Of a stretch of 64,000 bases of DNA, positions 38,628 through 46,306 are shown piece after piece. Every line of letters starts with the position of its first letter. Position 1 is the stretch's first letter. The translations under genes were made by a program, and so were the position numbers. The stretch lies in assembly GCA_051362555.1 (NCBI GenBank), contig CM120647.1, forward strand, positions 5,146,001 through 5,210,000, read 5' to 3'. Origin of the DNA: Lingula anatina (taxonomy: Eukaryota > Animalia > Brachiopoda). The notes beneath the pieces are model-generated. The model searched no databases. It worked only from the letters and a program-made list of their open reading frames with translations, and was not told where the DNA came from.

Positions 38628-41600
38628 CTTACATTTAAATTATTCAGTATCTTTTAGTGGATGGTCACTTCAGATAAATCTAGATGATATATTTGAGCAT
38701 GTGGTACGGGTTCCACATTTTTGTAACAGACTCAATGAAACTCATATTGGAATTTATTTTACAACCTTATATTACCTTTTTTATTATCTTCCGTCACCAA
38801 ATTAGCACCAGAGAATTACTTTTGAACCCCCAGAATAGTACCATTTTACCTAATACAAGCGTATGAGGGTCCCACAATTCAAAGATTATAAATTACACCA
38901 AATTATTAAAATAGCGGCATGCAACCAATAATTGTTTTTTATCAAAATAATGGCTAACAATTTTCCTCATGCGGTCAAAGATGTATTATTTTGCTTTAAT
39001 TCAGCCATATTGTTTGCTGACACTTGTTTTATAGATCGAGCAAAATCCTTAAAATATGTTAAAGCACATAGTTTTGTACTAATTAGACTACTAATTGTAC
39101 ATACAAACTGCAAGCCCATGTGACGACTGAATCCTGTATTTATTTGGAGGCTTATAAAAGTTTCTATTTACATTTTATGAAACCGAAAATGTATTCTGCA
39201 CCAGGGAACTATCAAAAATGGTGTATGGCTCGCTTTGAAGGTGTGATAGTTTCAAAATGGTGAATGCTTCTCAATTTCAAAATGGGGATGAGGGCCATCT
39301 TGGATTTGAGGAATACATTTTATGAGACTGATAATGTATTCTGCACCAGAAAATATAAAACAACGTATAACTCATTTACAAAGATGTAATACATATACTA
39401 TCAAAATAGCGAATTATGCCTAATTTCAAAATGGTTTTTGGCGGATATCTTGGATTTGAGGGACAAAACGGCCACCTATGGCTTCCATAACGGTAAAAAA
39501 TAGGTTTTTTGCTGATAATTTAGTCCAATATCGATAGTATATAACAAAAAATTGCATTGAAATATATTTGAATACGGGTTTTCGATATCCATGGTTTTGC
39601 AGCGTTCACATATATCTTGGTAGGCACTTAAAACACCCTCTTTTTCCCTTCAAATCACCTACTATCAAAAAAACAATATAAAAATGACTTTTGCACCCCC
39701 AAAATAGTAGGAATCAATATATATATTAAGTATATATAGACCAAACGCTTCAAAATTCAACATAAAATAGAAAACTTATGTCCACTTTCAAATGGTGAGT
39801 GGTGGCCATCTTGGATTTGAAGCACAAAATGGCCACCGATTGCTTCCAAATTATCAAAAAATATGTTCCTTGTCTCTAATTTAGTCAGGTTTGATAATCC
39901 ATACATGTTTCTAGGCCAAAAATTAATGGATATATGAAATATTATATATTTGGCACCTAATTTGCATAATTTTCGCTAATTAATACATCGATAGAGCGTG
40001 TCTCAAAAATTTTTTGGCCCAAGGAACATTTATGCCAAGTTAGACATTTGTACTATAAAATGCAGCGTTTGACCCCTTAACAAGCCTACTATGTGAAAGA
40101 GAAATACGTGCACGTTCCTTAAAGGACGCTAATATCAGCGTCTCAATTCCGCAACGGTCAGTGCACCACCATATGGTATAGAAACTTGCTAAGAGCAGTC
40201 TCGCTATGACAATAGGCCTTGGAAAACGCTTTTTTTGGTGATAATTTGCTCCTTGTTCAGAAGGGAATTGATTGTTTTTGCAATGGGTCATGTTCCCCGG
40301 TGTTAAGTTCTGGATGTCTTTGGCGTGGCGTCTGTTCAGGTTCACCAACCTGTTTTGTACAATGTTGGCGCAGAACAACAATACTGTAACACAGTTTACG
40401 CAGCCTAATATCCGCCTCTTGTATACATAATTCTAAATCCCTCTTTGAAATTAATGCCAACATATTGAAAGTGTTTTGATCGAATCATATTCTACCATGC
40501 TCATACCTGGACCAGCCCAAATAGTACTACCCAATGATATCGCAGTACGTTACTTAATTTAACAGTGTTTCAGACAAGGTAAACGGTTTATTGTTACTGA
40601 CACACTTGAATACACATTATTCTAATCACACGAAATTAGCCCACACAAAATACACGTTTTTAAAATAAACGACTTATCTTACCTGGACATACCTTTAAAA
40701 CTAAAATATTCCATTTTAAATGTCAAGTCTGTAATTACGTTTTTAATATAACAAAACAACTTGCTTTGTCTGTGAGTTATTATCAATAGAAATATTTTAC
40801 ATCCCACAGTGCAAAACTAACATATTGGACTCAACGCTTTGGTGGGTAAAATATCAGTTGATTTATTTCAGAACTGTACCCTTATCATCCCGTCTTCTAA
40901 GCGAAGCCTTTACGGTAGTGGGTTTTATGCAGTAGCAATAATGTTGGAAGATTTCCCTGCAACAGACATAACACAGGGTGGAGTGCAGAAAGACGAAACA
41001 ACTCCATTGTCAAAGGTCCCGCTACAGGTCAGGAATATTAAATAAGTATTTAAATAAAAAAAATGAAAACATTGGCGATCGAAAAAAGGACGGTATGGTT
41101 AACTCTATCATTGTTGCCGACCCCATGGCATTATTATTTAAATAGCACTGTTATGATAGTAACACAGCGCGTAGCCAGATCGCTGTTATGCACACACGCT
41201 GCTTCCCTGTAGTTTTTTGTCCATAATTTTCCACCAATATGAACCTGCCTTTTGTTTCCACACGTGGCAGCACGCGTCGCTTACACGTGTCCGTTTGTAG
41301 GACAGATCGGCGAAAAGTCGCATTTTAAAAGGCCCTTTATGAACTATATCACTTGCTTAATATCGCTACGTATTCAGAAAATGACTTTGCTTTTTGCTGT
41401 CACAGGCATACATGACAGGTTTTTTATTTATTTATTGATTGATTGATCGATTTTTGAATTGACGATTATGTTTCTGAATTTCTCATTTGTCATAAATTGG
41501 GGTTTTATAATGTGTGAAATAACTTGGTATATTTCAGTATCTTGCTCGCATAAAGGATGGTTGTAATTGCGACAACCCGCCCACTTTCACAACTCCTCCA

Positions 41601-44600
41601 GAGACAAAAAACCTACGTGCTGGGCAGACCTTCACGAAAGACTTAATAGCATTTTATCCCAGTGGGTATGTTTGCACTTGTAAGCACTTCCTTGTTCAGC
41701 ATACAACAGGCAACAACATAAAATGCCATGTAGTTAAGACTTCAGTTGACAACGGAATCTGCGTATCGACATGACAGCACATAATCCACACCCATACATA
41801 TATTATATTCATAACGTCCACTTCTTTCCACACATACAGAATAACTGCCATCAACGTCATTCCACCAACCGGTGCTAATGTGGGTGCAATGGTTACTGTA
41901 AATGGTACCACGGCCTCGGTTAACATTACCTGGACTCCGGCCCCTGCACAGCACGGACACCACCTGATTTGTTATCAAGCCTTTGGCGCTAATAGGTAAG
42001 TTCAGACTCATCTAAGACCCTGTTCCCATCCCCAGGTCGACGTAGCAGGATTGACCAAACTCTGTCACGTTACAGTTTAAATTATGTTCAGTCAAAAATT
42101 ACAATAGGGTGATAGCACCTGCACATGATAGCTGGCAATGGTCTGTAATGGCTCTTACCGAATTAATGCCCGAGCCTTAACACTGAGATGGTCAAGTACT
42201 AAATACTCTTCCCTGTTTCCTGAGAATACTCGTGAATGAATGCGCAGCCGCTTCCTGCTCTGAAACTGACGTTGAATCAAGATGCGCAGTGACGGAGCTC
42301 CAATTCAGGAAACCCCTCTAAGGGTTATTGAATAAAGGGGATGATTGTGATAAAACTGCAATACAATATTGGTCACCTCTTACAAATGGAGTGAGATATT
42401 TGTTGAGAACGTTTCAGTGAATTGCCCCAATAACGTTCTTTTCCGTAAAGAACAAAGGTTGTCCCACCTTCGGTATCATGTGCTTTTATTTATAAATGAT
42501 CACATCACAGGTGAAGATTGCTATAAATAGTGATTTTCATTCCAGATGCCATAACTAACATGATAAGTCAGACAGAAAATACAAACTAGCCGTGAAGATA
42601 TCAATATTTATTCACATTTATAACATGTACCCCCTCAAATCCGACGTTTCACTGTGATTTTCACAGGGGTAAAGAAATGTCTATTAAATTGAAATGACAC
42701 CACCAAATGGCACCAAATTTACAAACATTTTGCATTAGGGTGTGCTCGTTAAAAACTCCTAGTCTAATTGTGTTTGTGTTTACCGCGTACTGTAATTATC
42801 TTCTCTAGGTGGCGGGGCTCGCCTTCCACAAGGGTAACAATTCTGTGTGATTAGATATTGTCCGATTCTTCCTAAAGACCTTGGGGGAGTTGGTCCAGAT
42901 TATTAGGAGTTTGGTTCTCCTTTACATTGCACATTTCAATTCATGTCACAGATGTTTAGTAAGGTTAATAACAGGGCTCAAAGGTGGTTGCTCTATCCTC
43001 TGAACATTGGGTTTCAGCAACAAATCCCTCAGCAGACGATGACGCCTGCAGTATCCTTGAAGTCACATCTTACAAATGGAGTGAGATATTTGTTGAGGAC
43101 GTTTCAGTGAATTGCCCCAACAACGTTCTTTTCCGTAAAGAACAATGCACTCAAACCGTGGGCTTGCAATTCTCTCCAAACGTGTCACTTCGGCAATATT
43201 ATCCTTCACAAACCTTCCAAAATGCATTCTGCAACATGCCTACGGGCCCTTATTTGACCATTTAAGGCATACAACAACTTGTTCCTAGTGATGGTTGACC
43301 AAGTTCTGGTAGTACTGGGGTCACTGAACCTAACATTCTCAAATGATACCTCATTCCTTCTGCAAGAGGGGACTTCGGGGGTGATCCAGGTTTGATTATG
43401 ACAGCACACTTGCTCACAGTTATCATGTGGTGAGTGATTCGTTGCAGAATCTCAATGTTCTGAGGCTGGATCCTGATAATAAACCTACTGGCATGAATTG
43501 AAATGTGCAATCCGGAGGAGAACCAAACTCTGAATAGTCCGGACTAATTCCGCCAAGCTTTTTAGGAAACATGGGGCATTATCTTACAAAACAGAATTGT
43601 TACCCCTGTTGAAGGCAGTGGCACCGTCTACAAGACATAAATACAGTGCGCAGTGGCCACACATGATAATAGACACGTGACCTTTAACTAGCACACCCTA
43701 ATGATAAATGTGTTTAAATTTGGTGACTCTTAGTAGTGTCATTTCAATGTAATGGGCATTTCTTTATCTCCGTGGAAATGACAGTTGGAGCTGAGGAGGT
43801 ACATGCGATAAATGTGAATAAATGATATAAAATGTGGACATCTTAACTGCTAGTTTGTATTTTCTGTACCAATAATCATGTTAGTTACGGTATCTGGAAT
43901 GAAAATCACCATTCATAGCAATTAACTCCTGTGATATGATCATTTATAAATAAAAGCACATGAAACTGGGGATGGGACAGCCTTTTTGACCTATGTTGTA
44001 TATACTGAAAAACAAAATCACATAAGATGAAAACATATTGCCATAAATTGACGTTTGGCTGTTCAAAACATTAATTGTCTCGTCTGCTGATCTTACTGTA
44101 TATTCATGAGAAAGAGAAGGAACATTAGAAACAATTAAAATTCGAATCAGCAGCACATTATATTATATTATATTATATTATATTATATTATATTATATTA
44201 TATTATATTATATTATATTATATTATATTATATTATATTTACAGATGTCCTGGACCGTACCTTTGTGACAAAATTGTAGTAGGTAATGTATAATATTTCG
44301 ATGTTGGTGGTTGCAACCTTGGAACTTGGGAACCATTGCTAGAATCATGCTTGCACTTGAACGGGATGTCTTGTTTCATTTTATTTTATAACGGAGCTCT
44401 AAATGAATCGTGAATCATTAAGACTGCCATGTTTACAAACATATTAGAGTGGAATATCCAAAGCATTTTGCACGTTTTTGTGAAGTTTTATCTTCTTAAA
44501 TGTCTTCAAATATGGAAAGAAGTAATACAAAAAAAATTGAAATACATTGATTGTAAAGGAGTGGTGCACTTACTAAGCAGTAATGCAGATACCCATCTGT

Positions 44601-46266
44601 TATGGAATATTCTAAAACAATGTTGTATGCTGTTTTCTGTAAAATCAATGTTCCGTCAAATTAATTGGGTCACGGCCCTGGCCTCTTAAATATAGAGAAG
44701 ATGACATTTCGTTACACTTATTATACATTGACCTTGGCATTGACCCCTTTGACCTTGAAAGACGTTGCAAAGGATTCCCACTCAGCTCTGGTGACATTGA
44801 AAGCTGTTGTAAATGATTGGTAGTGCCTCATTTAGTAGAATTGTTCTTGGTATATTTGGTTACCAAGATATGTAAAGTTAGGTGACCCACCCCATTCTAA
44901 GGTGGCCGTTTTGAATTTTTTCGCCAAAAAATGTAACTGCCATGGGAGAATATTTGTGGATTTTTTTTTTTTTCTTTGGCTTCATTGGGCCGTGTCTTTG
45001 TTTAAATGTTCATAGAGCATTCCCTAATGTGCCAACTCACAGACGTGCATTGATATTTAGGTTGTTTTATTTGTTGTCTGTGAACGGTCATTCTGTGTCG
45101 GAGAGTGTCTCCGGTTTACCCTATATAGTTCTCACCGCATCCACTGCAAGTCAATACATAAATTAAATTTGAGCTAGTGCAGGTGAATGGGTGTTTAATT
45201 CTAAATGTAAGTCCCTTTTTAAATGTTAGGTGGCTCCCCTCTTTAATTAGTGGACAGGTGCTGCACCTGGATACCTCACATTTCTGTACTCGTATTGTTG
45301 AGGTTTCCAAATTTGGAATTGTTTTCAAATTTTGCTTTGGTTAAAATTTGCTTAAGTGATGGACTTTGTCTCTTACTCTTTATAATCTGCATTTCAGTTA
45401 GTAACATATTCATTTTGTCATTCAAATGGACTTGCATTTAGAATTAAACACTTAAGTGACCGGGTGTCGTGGATCTCACTCGCCATGTGCTTCTTTCATA
45501 CTCGTCCATTACCACATCATCCACCAAGCGGTAGCCACGGTCAAGACGCGACCAATCGACAGCCATGTGTTGGATATAACATTGAATCGCTACACATCTT
45601 ATTCATTACACATTGATCTCTTACACTTAGTTTGCTTGACAAAATTAATGATTTATCTAACTGTTTAATATGCAAGTATTGCTTACAATGTTGTCCCTTC
45701 AAAAGTGGAATAAAATATAAAATTAAACGTTCACAGACTCTTCAGTTGACGGCGGATTGTGCCCGTACAGCAATTGGAGTGCTTGCTCGGTAACGTGTGA
45801 AAATGGTACACAGACACGTTCTGAGGAGTGCAGGTGCCCTGAACCCGCCTACGGTGGCGCCGACTGTGTAGGTGCCAAAACCGAGACTCAGTCTTGTAGT
45901 GGCCCCCCTTGCCCAGGTAACGACCCCCCTCTCTCCCTCTCTCTCTTCTCTCTCTCTCTCTCCCTCTCTCTCTCTTCCCCCTCTCTCTCTGAAATCGCAG
46001 TTAAAACAGACATTTCATTGACCAAACCTAAAAAACAATATTTTATTATGAACCTTTATTGCCTTCCAGTTGACGGCGGATGGTGCACGTACAGTGAATG
46101 GAGTGATTGCTCAGTGACATGTGAAAACGGCACCCAGACACGCTCTAGGGAGTGTCAATGTCCTGAACCCGCTCACGGTGGCGCCACCTGTGTGGGTGCA
46201 TCAACCGAGACTCAGTCTTGTAGTGGCCCCCCTTGCCCAGGTATCAACCCCCCTTTCTCCCTCTCT

Positions 46267-46306
<40 letters not shown>

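Noticed and set aside
40040-40510. Minus-strand ORFs of 113 and 68 aa
   Set aside because: Frameshifted, run into a TIR and show no motif I can assign. Probably TE debris.
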